Shown here: one piece after another, positions 11,399 to 21,459 of the stretch
How positions within the stretch are numbered: the first letter of the stretch is position 1
Layout of the letters: every line of letters starts with the position of its first letter
From: an uncultured Gammaproteobacteria bacterium
GTDB taxonomy: Bacteria > Patescibacteriota > Patescibacteriia > Magasanikbacterales > UBA922
Length of the DNA stretch: 64,000 nt
Reading direction: 5' to 3'
Assembly: GCA_964394405.1 (NCBI GenBank)
Contig: CAYMVY010000001.1
Location: forward strand, 38,546 to 102,545
Notes under the pieces: model-generated
Told to the model about the DNA's origin: nothing
Databases searched by the model: none
Seen by the model: only the letters and a program-made list of their open reading frames with translations
Made by a program: the position numbers and the translations under genes

Positions 11399-12136
11399 CT
11401 ACTTACTCTGTTTTTTGCGCCATTCAGCGATTTTTTTGTGATCTCCACTCAGCAGAACCTCAGGCACTTTCCATCCCTTAAAATCTACAGGTTTTGTATA
11501 CTGTGGATACTCAACTTCAATCTCTTGCATTCCACTTTTTACCTTTTCCTTTTTACTTTTTACTTTATTAAAAGTTTCCTCCACCAACGACTCCGCATTC
11601 CCCAATACTCCTGGCACCAATCGAGACACTGCTTCGATAATCGTAAGCGCTCCCAATTCACCACCTGCCAACACATATGGACCAACTGAAATTTCCTCAT
11701 CAATCATATGATCCACGACCCGCTGATCTACTCCTTCGTATCGACCGCAAATCAAAATAAGTTCATCAAGTTTGGCCCAAGATTCGGCAATTGATTGATC
11801 AAACTGTCGTCCACGTGGAGACAATAATACCGTCCGTTTTTTCTTTGCAACCGTTCCAGTTGCCAGTCGTTTGAGTTTAGTTAAACCAGGAGCTTTTTTG
11901 AATGGCAATCCATCAATCGACACCAGTGCCTCATAAATCGGATCTGGCTTCATGAGCATCCCCGCTCCCCCGCCATACGGTGTATCATCCACCGTCTTGT
12001 GTTTGTCATATGTGAAGTCTCGAATATAAATCGCCCGCACATCAATCAATTTCTTTTTTTGCGCACGACCAAGAATCGTCTCATCAGTATATGAAGTAAT
12101 AATGTTTGGAAAAAGTGTGAGTACTGAAAATTTCAT
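11399..12136 (-). CDS. trmD: tRNA (guanine37-N1)-methyltransferase
   Basis: 245 aa with SPOUT/TrmD motifs (LTLFP, DDTPYGGGAGM, ICGRYEGVD, GPYVLAGGE). Confidence 0.9.
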   Translation of the reverse strand: MKFSVLTLFPNIITSYTDETILGRAQKKKLIDVRAIYIRDFTYDKHKTVDDTPYGGGAGMLMKPDPIYEALVSIDGLPFKKAPGLTKLKRLATGTVAKKKRTVLLSPRGRQFDQSIAESWAKLDELILICGRYEGVDQRVVDHMIDEEISVGPYVLAGGELGALTIIEAVSRLVPGVLGNAESLVEETFNKVKSKKEKVKSGMQEIEVEYPQYTKPVDFKGWKVPEVLLSGDHKKIAEWRKKQSK

Positions 12137-12252
12137 AATGCTAGTAGTATAGCAACAATTGGCTTATTAAAAAATCCTCTCTTCGAGGAATGAATCGACC
12201 GTCCTCACCAACTGCGTGTAGCAATTGATGAGGACGACCATGTGGTGGTGGA

Positions 12253-12684
12253 TCAGCCGAGCGTGCCCGCCAAGATCGGCGCGAAGAGCTTCTCGGGATC
12301 TTCGGACTCGACAGTGCCCTCACCCTTCTCCAGGTAGACGCGCATGCGCCCCGTGCGCTCGAGTGGAACGTCGTGCGCCAAGTAGAACACATCGACCTTG
12401 AAGAACCTCTCCTCGATCAGGTCACGGATCTGGCCGATCAGGAGCAACGCCCCCGGCTTCGGCTCGTAGTAGGAGATGCTCTCCACGAACAGCTCGAGCT
12501 GATTCGGGAAGATGCCACGCCCGTCGACACAGACCGTCATGGGCTGACGATCAGTGGTGTGGTAGTAGTCCCGGTGGGACACATAGATGTCCCAGATCCC
12601 CGAATTGTTCGAATTCGAGACGATCGGAAGGGTGACAAAATCTTTCCCCTCCTCCCCGACAGACACGTTGTCCAAAGCTCCCAT
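12253..12684 (-). CDS. Hypothetical protein A1 of GC-rich island A (paralog of the 58303-58725 protein)
   Basis: Internal Met preceded by the SD gtcgccAGGGGGttatcATG. About 55% GC. Shares the spaced motif EGxxF..LP...YYxxxDRxxxxVxDGxGxFxN with the island E protein. Confidence 0.6.
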   Translation of the reverse strand: MGALDNVSVGEEGKDFVTLPIVSNSNNSGIWDIYVSHRDYYHTTDRQPMTVCVDGRGIFPNQLELFVESISYYEPKPGALLLIGQIRDLIEERFFKVDVFYLAHDVPLERTGRMRVYLEKGEGTVESEDPEKLFAPILAGTLG

Positions 12685-12875
12685 GATAACCCCCTGGCGA
12701 CTGAAGAAAAACACGTGCTGGTGTCGCAAACCAGACAGAAAAAAATATCATACATAGTGAAAAATGTCAATAATAAAACAAAAAATCCTCTGAATAAAGG
12801 ATTGACCAATCCGCATTCACCCAAGCCGAAGCTCAGATGAATGCGGAACAGAGAACGTTGACCCACACACTGACC

Positions 12876-13175
12876 TCACGGGTCGAGGACGATCACGTAG
12901 CGCGTCACCTGTTCATCCGGCTGATGGGGCACGTCGTGAACATTGGGACCGATCCGTTCGATCGAGACGATGGTATTGTAGTTCAGCATGGCGAACCACG
13001 CCGAATCCGGGAACACAATCATCTCAGACGTCCGATCACCGTCATGCGTCCAGTGAAGGGAAAAAAGATTTTCAGGAAAACCCCCATAGGAGATGCGGCC
13101 AGTCTCCTTATTACCCTGATCATCATACCGAGCCAGCGGCGAACCACGAAATTCCAAACCGTACAGAATATCCAT
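12876..13175 (-). CDS. Hypothetical protein A2 of GC-rich island A
   Basis: 99-aa ORF with the SD caGGAGGGttttccATG and its own promoter about 35 nt upstream. GC-rich codon usage. Confidence 0.55.
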   Translation of the reverse strand: MDILYGLEFRGSPLARYDDQGNKETGRISYGGFPENLFSLHWTHDGDRTSEMIVFPDSAWFAMLNYNTIVSIERIGPNVHDVPHQPDEQVTRYVIVLDP

Positions 13176-13213
13176 GGAAAACCCTCCTGAAACAGTGGCG
13201 TTTCTTATCATAC

Positions 13214-13242
13214 TATCTACAATATTTCATACCCAAAGTCAA
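13214..13242 (-). promoter_or_regulatory. sigma70 promoter (TTGACT-N17-TAGATA) for the island A cassette
   Basis: The minus strand reads aTTGACTttgggtatgaaatattgTAGATAgt. It is back-to-back with the plus-strand promoter at 13249. Confidence 0.5.
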
Positions 13243-13248
13243 TAAAAA

Positions 13249-13277
13249 TTGAAAAATATATATAGGTCGGGTATGAT
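13249..13277 (+). promoter_or_regulatory. sigma70 promoter (TTGAAA-N17-TATGAT) for the nucleotide-sanitation operon; near-leaderless mRNA
   Basis: The plus strand reads aTTGAAAaatatatataggtcgggTATGATacagcctgcgtATG. The -10 element ends only 11 nt before the ATG at 13289 and there is no SD. Confidence 0.5.
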
Positions 13278-13288
13278 ACAGCCTGCGT

Positions 13289-13813
13289 ATGAAACTTCTC
13301 AAACTCCCACAACTCAAACAAATCTACGAATACGACTGTGGCGCAACCGTACTCCAGTCAGTACTCGGCTACTTTGGCATCGAAGTGAAGCCACACAAAA
13401 TCAGAAAACATGCGGGAACAAACAAAGATGGCACCCTGATTGTCGGCATCACCGTAACTCTCGCAAAACACGGACTCAAATATACGTCAAAACAAATGAC
13501 CGTACGCGAAGTCACTCATTTTCTCGATACTGGCATCCCTGTCATACTCCTCCTCCAGGCATGGACGACCAAAAAGAATGTCAATTGGGAAACAGATTGG
13601 TCTGATGGCCACTATGTAGCGGCCATAGGATATGACAAGAAAAAAATGATATTCGCAGACCCCTGGTCATTCACACACACGTATCTAACTTTCGATGAAC
13701 TAAAAAAACGATGGCATGACAAAGATCCTCGGGGAAAAAAACACATCAACTGGGGAATCGCAGTCTACGGAAAAGATCCATCAATCAACAAAAAATTAAT
13801 CCACATGGATTAA
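13289..13813 (+). CDS. C39-like papain-fold cysteine peptidase (Peptidase_C39_2 family)
   Basis: Catalytic Cys in YDCGATVLQSVLGYFG and His in GHYVAAIGYD. Confidence 0.65.
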   Translation: MKLLKLPQLKQIYEYDCGATVLQSVLGYFGIEVKPHKIRKHAGTNKDGTLIVGITVTLAKHGLKYTSKQMTVREVTHFLDTGIPVILLLQAWTTKKNVNWETDWSDGHYVAAIGYDKKKMIFADPWSFTHTYLTFDELKKRWHDKDPRGKKHINWGIAVYGKDPSINKKLIHMD

Positions 13814-13816
13814 TAT

Positions 13817-14257
13817 ATGCATACACGACACACCATTATTCCCGCCGCATACCTCATACTCAAACAAGAAAACAAGATTCTTCTGATTCGCCGTTGTAAC
13901 ACCGGTTTTGAAGATGGAAATTATAGTATGATTGCCGGACATGTGGACCAAGGTGAGACATTTACTAAAGGTATGATTCGTGAAGCGAGAGAAGAAGCTG
14001 GAATCACACTCAATCCAGATGATATGAGATTAGCACACATGATGCATCGCAAATCTCACGTAGACGCTGAAGAAAGAATCGACGCATATTTTCTTGCAAA
14101 TACGTGGTCTGGTGAACTTACCAATAAGGAACCACACAAATGCGATGACTTCTCGTGGTTTGATATAAATGACTTACCAAAAAATGTTATCCCCTATATC
14201 AAATTCGCGTTGGAAAATATTAAAAAAAATATTTTCTATAGCGAATATGGATGGTAA
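13817..14257 (+). CDS. NUDIX hydrolase
   Basis: Nudix box GHVDQGETFTKGMIREAREEAGI. Confidence 0.85.
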   Translation: MHTRHTIIPAAYLILKQENKILLIRRCNTGFEDGNYSMIAGHVDQGETFTKGMIREAREEAGITLNPDDMRLAHMMHRKSHVDAEERIDAYFLANTWSGELTNKEPHKCDDFSWFDINDLPKNVIPYIKFALENIKKNIFYSEYGW

Positions 14258-14574
14258 TAAATACTATGGATTTCAAAGAATTACAAAAAATCATCGTCAA
14301 AAATGCACTTGAATACGGAAAAAGACATAACATACAAATAGATGCAGATTTTGCGCTCACTAAATTATTTGAAGAAGTAGGAGAACTGGCGCAGGCAGTA
14401 CTCATTCATCAGAAAAAATGTCGCACAAAAAAATTAGTACCCGAAGAGATATCAAAAAAAGAGCTCGGAAAAGAACTCGCTGATGTTATCGGCATGACCA
14501 TTGTACATGCTCACCTGCTCGGGATTGATCTGGAAGAAGCGATTGATAAAAAATGGATTCATAAAGAGGTATAG
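14251..14574 (+). CDS. MazG-like nucleotide pyrophosphohydrolase
   Basis: Contains the EEVGELAQAV and ELADVIGM motifs of the MazG all-alpha NTP-PPase fold; 107 aa. Confidence 0.75.
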   Translation: MVINTMDFKELQKIIVKNALEYGKRHNIQIDADFALTKLFEEVGELAQAVLIHQKKCRTKKLVPEEISKKELGKELADVIGMTIVHAHLLGIDLEEAIDKKWIHKEV

Positions 14575-14577
14575 AAT

Positions 14578-14928
14578 ATGAAAAACCGCAAACGCCTCAT
14601 GTATATTGAACATAAAGGAGTGGATGGGTTGACCGGACATAGTAGAATCGGTTGGGTTGAAATTTCCAAAACGGGACGATCATACCACTACCAAGGAAAA
14701 ACTTTCAAAAAAGAACGTGGTGGTTTCAAACACAATTGTATCGATTGGGAAACCAAAGAAATGTATTGGATCTCAGGACCGAAAAAAGACGGAAGTGATA
14801 CATTGTACGGGAAAGGCATAGTGGAAATTGATGACGATGCGCGTGAAGAATACTGGATCAATATTCGAAAACTTCCACAATATGTAAACGAACGAACATA
14901 TAATACCGCTCGGAGATATAATAGCTAA
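14578..14928 (+). CDS. Hypothetical protein (operon member)
   Basis: 116-aa ORF tightly packed with its neighbours (3-nt gaps). No recognizable motif. Confidence 0.6.
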   Translation: MKNRKRLMYIEHKGVDGLTGHSRIGWVEISKTGRSYHYQGKTFKKERGGFKHNCIDWETKEMYWISGPKKDGSDTLYGKGIVEIDDDAREEYWINIRKLPQYVNERTYNTARRYNS

Positions 14929-14931
14929 CAT

Positions 14932-15513
14932 ATGAAAATCGCAATTGATATCGATGACGTACTGGCAAATTTTACCCCAGCACTCATTGAATTCCACAAT
15001 ACACAATACGGAACCAATTACACTCTCAATCATTTCAATTCATACCATCTTGAAGAAGTGTGGGGCGGGACTCGAGAAGAAGCAATTGACAAAGTATTTA
15101 TTTTTTACGAAACGCCAGAGTTCAAAAATGTTGACGTCATTGAGAATGCAAAAAATGTACTCTACGAACTCAAACAGAGTCACGACCTAGTCACCATGAC
15201 AGCACGCCCAGAAGCAATCAGGGACAAAACAGAAGAATGGATTGGGAGACATTTCCCGGGGCTATTTTCACACATTCATATTGCCAATCGATTTTCAAAG
15301 ACAGGCCCAAAAACTACCAAAGCTGAATTGTGCGAAAAACATGGTGTAGATATGCTTATCGACGACTCACTCGATTACGCGCTCCAGGCAGTAGCACCCC
15401 ATCGCCGAGTATTGTTATTCGACAGACCATGGAACCAGACACCAAATCTACCAGAAGGAATTCATCGCGTACATTCGTGGAAAGAAATCCCAAAACTCAT
15501 ATGGAATTCCTAG
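14932..15513 (+). CDS. HAD-superfamily 5'(3')-deoxyribonucleotidase (NT5C-like)
   Basis: N-terminal DxDxV motif (KIAIDIDDVLANF) and LIDDS motif. Confidence 0.75.
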   Translation: MKIAIDIDDVLANFTPALIEFHNTQYGTNYTLNHFNSYHLEEVWGGTREEAIDKVFIFYETPEFKNVDVIENAKNVLYELKQSHDLVTMTARPEAIRDKTEEWIGRHFPGLFSHIHIANRFSKTGPKTTKAELCEKHGVDMLIDDSLDYALQAVAPHRRVLLFDRPWNQTPNLPEGIHRVHSWKEIPKLIWNS

Positions 15514-15989
15514 ATGTTGTCAGCGACCGCGATGAAGTGATTGGAAGAGCCTCTCGAGATGAGATATACAAAAAACTCCTTCCCCACCGTATCGTGCATA
15601 TCTTGATTTTTAATGATAGGCAAGAAATGGCACTACAGCTCCGAAGCAAAATAGCGTCATTCTGTCCTGGTCACTGGTCGACTGCTGTCGGTGGACATGT
15701 GCAATCAGGAGAAAATTATGAGCAAGCAGCGCTCCGTGAATCAGAGGAAGAATTGGGAATAAAAAGTGAGTTGCAACTATTGGGTAGCGATATCTATGAA
15801 GCAAAAAATAGACCAAAAAAATTCCTCAGAACATTTACCACTCAATATAATGGACCATTCAAAACAGAAGAAGGCGCTGTCGAAAAAGTAGAATTTTTTC
15901 CATTAGAAAAGATAAAGCAAATGATTTTAGGTAAAGAAAAATTCCATCCAGAACTTTTGTATATACTTCAAAAATATTTTGTAAACTAA
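15501..15989 (+). CDS. NUDIX hydrolase (second copy)
   Basis: Nudix box GGHVQSGENYEQAALRESEEELGI. The start was chosen at MEFLD, overlapping the previous gene by 13 nt. Confidence 0.75.
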   Translation: MEFLDVVSDRDEVIGRASRDEIYKKLLPHRIVHILIFNDRQEMALQLRSKIASFCPGHWSTAVGGHVQSGENYEQAALRESEEELGIKSELQLLGSDIYEAKNRPKKFLRTFTTQYNGPFKTEEGAVEKVEFFPLEKIKQMILGKEKFHPELLYILQKYFVN

Positions 15990-16018
15990 AACACCCGGCC
16001 ATGGCCGGGTGTTTTTTT
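15988..16018 (+). terminator. Intrinsic terminator
   Basis: aaaacacccggccatggccgggtgttttttt. Confidence 0.7.
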
Positions 16019-16109
16019 CTTCCTGAATCATTGTTTATATTAAAAAAATATTTTGTGTAAATAGTAAAAATTGCTATACTAAGAGCGGTAAAATAACTAA
16101 ATTATTTAT

Positions 16110-17375
16110 ATGGATCCAAATTTGGTGCAGCAACAAAATTCAAACATTCATCCACGAACTGTATTATACATCGTACTCTCAATTATTCTTACTGCAGGAA
16201 TTGTTGGTGGTGCAATGTATTGGTGGAAATCATCAGAAAATACAAAATTAACACGAATAAATAAAGCACAGAGTGTACAGATAGATAGTTATAAAATACA
16301 GCTGACCGCCAAGAACAGCACATCAGAAAGTACACAGGAAACTATTGAACCAAAAAACCCCAAAATGCAAAAATACCATAACAATGAATACGGATTTGAA
16401 TTTGAATATCCTGAAACCAATTTCCTGATTGAAAATGTTTGGTCAATCTCACCATCAATAAAAGATTTAAGTCATCAATTTGATGATCCGGGTCTTATTG
16501 TACAATTAACTAACGATAGCCAAACTCAAAATGTCATAGATATAGCAGTACTTGCAATCAAAAAAGAAGCAGTCGAATCTCTATTTACACGACTAAAATC
16601 AGGACAAGAAAAAAGTCAGAAAACAGGAGACGCTTGGTGTAAAAAATTTATCTCTGAAGAAGGGTTTGAGCAATGTGCCTATTACGGTGGAGGCTGGACA
16701 TATTCGACTACAACCATTGATGGTGTACAGGCCGTGGAAGCATTTTTTGCAGGCGAGGGTGGTAGGACAAAAAAAATATTTTTACCTTCCAAAGGAATTT
16801 CTATCTATATGGAAAACCCGGGAGATAAAAGAATACTTTCCGATGATGATTTTCTTAAATCTTTCAAATTTACAGACTCTACTCGAACTATAGTCGACTC
16901 ATCGACTCAAATCTCGTTCAACTGTCCCGCGTATTGGTCATGTGACTATATTGATACGGACACTATACCACGATACAATTTGTACGGACCTCAAAATCAA
17001 TATATTGAACTAAACCTGAAGAATGCGATAGAGAAGGATATCGAAAAATTAATCGAGGATAAAAAAATAGACAACGAAGAAGATGAAGTAAAATACGCAA
17101 AAGCACTCAGTGAATGTAAATCAAAAAATGGAACTCCTGAAGAATGCGATAGCTATGTAAGCTATACCGCAGGAATGATTTTCACGGATAAAGAAAGTAC
17201 GATGTCAATAAAAGGAGAACAAGGAGTATTTTCTGGAGAACGCATATTTTATAAAGGAGATTACTTTGGCTTCAACCTATTCTTTCCAAAAAAAGGCTGG
17301 ATAATATCTGCTTCACTGCAGAGTGGCGACGATATACGTATGTCTAAAGAATTTATCGAAAGCCTCTTCAAATAA
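16110..17375 (+). CDS. Hypothetical membrane-anchored or secreted protein
   Basis: 421 aa with one N-terminal TM helix (VLYIVLSIILTAGIVGGAMYWW) and a large hydrophilic domain. Confidence 0.65.
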   Translation: MDPNLVQQQNSNIHPRTVLYIVLSIILTAGIVGGAMYWWKSSENTKLTRINKAQSVQIDSYKIQLTAKNSTSESTQETIEPKNPKMQKYHNNEYGFEFEYPETNFLIENVWSISPSIKDLSHQFDDPGLIVQLTNDSQTQNVIDIAVLAIKKEAVESLFTRLKSGQEKSQKTGDAWCKKFISEEGFEQCAYYGGGWTYSTTTIDGVQAVEAFFAGEGGRTKKIFLPSKGISIYMENPGDKRILSDDDFLKSFKFTDSTRTIVDSSTQISFNCPAYWSCDYIDTDTIPRYNLYGPQNQYIELNLKNAIEKDIEKLIEDKKIDNEEDEVKYAKALSECKSKNGTPEECDSYVSYTAGMIFTDKESTMSIKGEQGVFSGERIFYKGDYFGFNLFFPKKGWIISASLQSGDDIRMSKEFIESLFK

Positions 17376-17390
17376 AAAATCTAATGTACA

Positions 17391-17420
17391 AAAAATACCC
17401 CGGTAAAGCGGGGTATTTTT
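17391..17420 (+). terminator. Intrinsic terminator (bidirectional; also serves fusA)
   Basis: aaaataccccggtaaagcggggtatttttt. Confidence 0.7.
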
Positions 17421-17458
17421 TGTATGTATTCGTGTTAATTCGTATGTAAATTTGCGCT

Positions 17459-19558
17459 TTACTTCATCTTCCCACTTACAACCTGTGCCTCAATATTCTT
17501 GGGACATTCAGCATACTTCGAGAACTCCATAGCATATGTTGCTCGTCCCTGAGTCATCGATCGGAGGGAAGTAGCATAGCCAAACATACTGGCGAGAGGT
17601 ACCATAGCGCGAATAACTTTTGCAGTTCCTCGCTGAGTCATCTCCTCGATCTGACCTCGCTTACTTGAAAGGTCTCCAATGACGTCTCCCATATACTCTT
17701 CAGGAGTCGTAACTTCTACTTTCATGATAGGTTCGAGTAATACAGGATTTGCTTTATTCGCAGCTGCGACAAATGCCATACTTCCTGCGAGCTTGAAAGC
17801 GATTTCACTAGAGTCGACCTCGTGATAACTTCCATCAAATACCGTCACTTTTACATCAAGAATTGGATAGCCTGCAACAATACCTTTGCCCACCGCTTCT
17901 TTCACACCTTTTTCAATCGCAGGAATATATTCACGTGGGATCAATCCTCCCTTGATATCATCCACAAAGACGAGATTTTCTCCACCAGCTTCTGCTTTTT
18001 CTTCAGGAGTGAGCGGTTCTACTTTGAGCCAGCAATGTCCGTATTGACCACGTCCACCAGACTGTTTGACATGCTTTCCTTCAGCCTCAGCGCTCTGGCG
18101 AATAGTTTCTTTATACGCAACCTGTGGAGCACCTACTTGTGCCTCTACTTTGAACTCACGGCGCATACGATCAACGATAATGTCGAGATGTAATTCTCCC
18201 ATTCCCGCGATAATAGTCTGAAGTGTTTCAGGATCACTTGATACTCGGAATGTAGGATCTTCTTCAGCAAGTTTCTGTAGTGCGATACTCATCTTTTCAG
18301 CATCACCCTTGGTATTAGGTTCAATAGCAACAGAAATAACCGGTTCTGGGAAGGTAGGTCGCTCGAGTACTACAGGTCGAGATTCTTCGCACAAAGTATC
18401 TCCAGTAGTCGTATTCTTGAGACCAATTGCAGCTGCGATTTCTCCTGCATATACCTGCTCTACATCTTCACGAGTATTTGCATGAAGTCGCACAATTCGT
18501 CCAATACGCTCTTTGGTACCATTAGTACTATTCAATACATAGGTTCCTGCTTTCAAATTTCCAGAATACACACGGAAGAAAGTAAGGCGTCCAACAAAAG
18601 GATCAGTCGCGACTTTGAATGCGAGTCCAACAAAAGGATCAGTGTCGCTTGATTTTACTTCAATAATTTTTTCTTCATCATCTGGATCATGCGCAGTGAT
18701 AACGGGCATATCAACCGGAGCCGGCAAATACGCAACCACATTGTCGAGTACCAATTGTACTCCAATGTTCTGCAAAGCAGTTCCACACATGACTGGATAA
18801 ATTTCATCTTTCAAAACCATACTGCGGATTGCAGTTTTGATTTCTTCAATTGAAAGTGTGTTAGTTTCAAGATATTTATTCATGAGCTCATCACTTGCTT
18901 CAGCTACTTTTTCAAGCAATGCAGAGCGATATTCTGCGACCTGAGCTTTCATATCTTCGGGAATTTCAAATTCCACTACATTGATTCCATGATCCCCTTC
19001 AAATCGATACGCTTTCTCTTCAATAATATCGATAATCCCTTTAAACTCAGACTCCATACCGATAGGCAATTGAATTGCAAAAGCGTTTGGAGACAATCGA
19101 GTTCTAATTGAATTTAATGTCATGAAAAAGTCAGCACCAGTCTTATCCATCTTGTTGGCAAAACAAATACGAGGCACGCGATATTTATCTGCCTGACGCC
19201 ATACAGTCTCAGACTGTGGTTCTACCCCCTGTGAGCCATCGAATACTGCAACTGCTCCATCGAGTACGCGGAGTGATCGCTCTACTTCTACGGTAAAGTC
19301 TACGTGGCCTGGAGTATCGATCAAGTTGATGCGATGATTTTTCCAAAAACACGTGGTAGCAGCAGAAGTAATGGTAATACCGCGCTCTTTTTCCTGTTCC
19401 ATCCAGTCCATTTCAGCAGCACCTTCGTGAACTTCTCCGATTTTGTGTTTTTTTCCAGTATAAAAAAGAATCCGTTCAGAAACCGTCGTCTTTCCAGCAT
19501 CAATATGCGCCATGATACCGATATTGCGCACGCGCTCAAGTGGATAATCTCGTCCCAT
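17459..19558 (-). CDS. fusA: Elongation factor G
   Basis: 699 aa starting AHIDAGKTT, with DTPGHVDF and the EF-G domains II-V. Confidence 0.97.
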   Translation of the reverse strand: MGRDYPLERVRNIGIMAHIDAGKTTVSERILFYTGKKHKIGEVHEGAAEMDWMEQEKERGITITSAATTCFWKNHRINLIDTPGHVDFTVEVERSLRVLDGAVAVFDGSQGVEPQSETVWRQADKYRVPRICFANKMDKTGADFFMTLNSIRTRLSPNAFAIQLPIGMESEFKGIIDIIEEKAYRFEGDHGINVVEFEIPEDMKAQVAEYRSALLEKVAEASDELMNKYLETNTLSIEEIKTAIRSMVLKDEIYPVMCGTALQNIGVQLVLDNVVAYLPAPVDMPVITAHDPDDEEKIIEVKSSDTDPFVGLAFKVATDPFVGRLTFFRVYSGNLKAGTYVLNSTNGTKERIGRIVRLHANTREDVEQVYAGEIAAAIGLKNTTTGDTLCEESRPVVLERPTFPEPVISVAIEPNTKGDAEKMSIALQKLAEEDPTFRVSSDPETLQTIIAGMGELHLDIIVDRMRREFKVEAQVGAPQVAYKETIRQSAEAEGKHVKQSGGRGQYGHCWLKVEPLTPEEKAEAGGENLVFVDDIKGGLIPREYIPAIEKGVKEAVGKGIVAGYPILDVKVTVFDGSYHEVDSSEIAFKLAGSMAFVAAANKANPVLLEPIMKVEVTTPEEYMGDVIGDLSSKRGQIEEMTQRGTAKVIRAMVPLASMFGYATSLRSMTQGRATYAMEFSKYAECPKNIEAQVVSGKMK

Positions 19559-19586
19559 AAAAATTGGGGTTAATGGTAAATATTAC

Positions 19587-20066
19587 TTAGCGACTAAAAC
19601 GTGCGAAGTGTGCAAACGCTTTGTTTGCTTCAGCCATACGATGCATATCATCACGCTTTTTGATTGCTCCTCCATTACCTTCAAGCACATCCATACATTC
19701 CTGAGCGAGCTTTTCAGCCATGGTTCGTCCTTTTCGTGAATATGCTGCTCCCACAATCCATCGGAATGCCAGGGCATTCTGTCGGCTACTCGATACAGGC
19801 ATTGGCACCTGATAGTTAGCACCTCCCACGCGTCGTGAGCGAACTTCTACCTGTGGACGAACTGCCTCAAGTGATTGTTCAAATATTTTAAGTGGGTCGG
19901 ATTTCTTTTTTTCTTTCAAAATATCAAGTGTCTGGTACACAATATGTTCTGCGGTTGATTTCTTTCCGTCCTTCATAACAAAGTTGATGAACTTTGCCAA
20001 TAATTCACTCTTGTACAGTGGGTCCGGAGTTGGTGTTCGTTTGAATCCTCTTTTTCCTCGTGGCAT
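19587..20066 (-). CDS. rpsG: 30S ribosomal protein S7
   Basis: Starts MPRGKRGFKRTPTPDPLYKSELLAKFIN; 159 aa. Confidence 0.95.
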   Translation of the reverse strand: MPRGKRGFKRTPTPDPLYKSELLAKFINFVMKDGKKSTAEHIVYQTLDILKEKKKSDPLKIFEQSLEAVRPQVEVRSRRVGGANYQVPMPVSSSRQNALAFRWIVGAAYSRKGRTMAEKLAQECMDVLEGNGGAIKKRDDMHRMAEANKAFAHFARFSR

Positions 20067-20100
20067 ATATTTCTGTAATGATTATCTAATGAAAAGTGAG

Positions 20101-20529
20101 TTATTTCTTTGCAGCTTTCGGACGTTTCGCACCGTAGATCGAACGACTGCGTCTTCGTGCTTCCACTCCCTGAGTATCATATACTCCGCGAACAATATGG
20201 TAACGCACACCAGGTAAGTCTTTTACACGACCACCACGGATAAGTACGATTGAGTGTTCTTGCAAATTGTGTCCTTCACCAGGAATATAGGCAATAATTT
20301 CTGAACCATTAGAAAGACGAACTTTCGCTACTTTTCGAAGCGCTGAGTTAGGTTTCTTTGGAGTCATGGTATACACCTTGGTGCATACACCACGTTTAAA
20401 TGGTGCTCCGCGGCGAAGTTCGGTTCGTTTACGGTGCAAACTATCGAGTGTAAACTGGAGCGCGGGAGACTTGGATTTATTCTTTCTGGTTACCCGTCCC
20501 TTGCGCAAAATCTGATTCATCGTAGGCAT
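20101..20529 (-). CDS. rpsL: 30S ribosomal protein S12
   Basis: Starts [12 protein letters not shown] and contains [19 protein letters not shown]. Confidence 0.95.
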   Translation of the reverse strand: MPTMNQILRKGRVTRKNKSKSPALQFTLDSLHRKRTELRRGAPFKRGVCTKVYTMTPKKPNSALRKVAKVRLSNGSEIIAYIPGEGHNLQEHSIVLIRGGRVKDLPGVRYHIVRGVYDTQGVEARRRSRSIYGAKRPKAAKK

Positions 20530-20710
20530 AGAGTCTTGCTTACTAAATTAAACGTATACATAAATTAAAATGCCCCTGGTAGGGCACGTTCAGACAAACA
20601 AAATAGTGTTTATCGAACGTTTGAGAGCTATACAGCTCTAAGACACTTCACTTCCCGACTCAGTCGGGAAATTACTACGTTCTTAATCGTCTAACAATAG
20701 ACATGGTGAT

Positions 20711-20739
20711 AGAGTACCCGAAAATGCCTTTACTGTCAA
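20711..20739 (-). promoter_or_regulatory. sigma70 promoter (TTGACA-N17-TACTCT) for rpsL-rpsG-fusA
   Basis: The minus strand reads cTTGACAgtaaaggcattttcgggTACTCT about 180 nt upstream of rpsL. Confidence 0.45.
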
Positions 20740-20754
20740 GGGGGAAGTAGGGAC

Positions 20755-21459
20755 CTAGAAAATAGCGATATCCCCTACCAACAATCGTACAATAAAATTA
20801 ACTACTGGACTAATAACTCCAGGGAAAAAGAAGATAAAAGCGATCAAAATCACAAATCCATAACGATCAAGCGTCTGTTTGATATTCGCCAAAGAATCAG
20901 GCAAGAGTGCGTAGAGTACTTTTGATCCATCAAGCGGAGGGATCGGGAGCAGATTGAATATCGCAAGCCCCACATTGGCATATACAATAATCAAGAGAAA
21001 TATAGTCATATCTCCGAGTGACATAAATCGGACAAGGATACCAAATATGAGCGCAAGGAATAAATTCGAAAACGGACCCGCAAGCGCGACCCATACTGGT
21101 CCTGTCCGCTGATTTTTGAGATTATATGGGTTATAGGGAACTGGTTTTGCGTAGGCAAAAAGGAATCTCCCACCTGTTGAAAAATACAATAATAGAGGCA
21201 AGAGTATTGTCCCCCACAGATCTATATGTGACTTAGGGTTGAGGGTAAGCCGTCCAGCATAGCGGGCAGTAGGATCACCCAATCGGTCAGCAACCCATCC
21301 ATGCATATACTCATGAATAATCGCCGAAGGGATTACAACCGCGAGATAAAATAACGAGACAACGATATCCATAGCATGACTTGACAAAAAGAGATAAATA
21401 GAATACACTTGTCCGCATAACGTTTCATCAGTATATCTTCTATTTTCCCCTAACGTCAA
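20755..21459 (-). CDS. Peptidase M50 family membrane metalloprotease (site-2 protease-like)
   Basis: HExxH embedded in a TM helix (IIHEYMHGW) and the LDG motif (NLLPIPPLDGSKVL). Confidence 0.8.
   Translation of the reverse strand: MTLGENRRYTDETLCGQVYSIYLFLSSHAMDIVVSLFYLAVVIPSAIIHEYMHGWVADRLGDPTARYAGRLTLNPKSHIDLWGTILLPLLLYFSTGGRFLFAYAKPVPYNPYNLKNQRTGPVWVALAGPFSNLFLALIFGILVRFMSLGDMTIFLLIIVYANVGLAIFNLLPIPPLDGSKVLYALLPDSLANIKQTLDRYGFVILIAFIFFFPGVISPVVNFIVRLLVGDIAIF

Noticed and set aside
12141-12866. Alternative frames in island A: 12373..12840 (+), 12537..12866 (-), 12551..12751 (-), 12141..12392 (-)
   Set aside because: R/P/S-rich artefactual translations typical of wrong frames in GC-rich DNA. 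The chosen minus-strand frames have SD sites and balanced composition.
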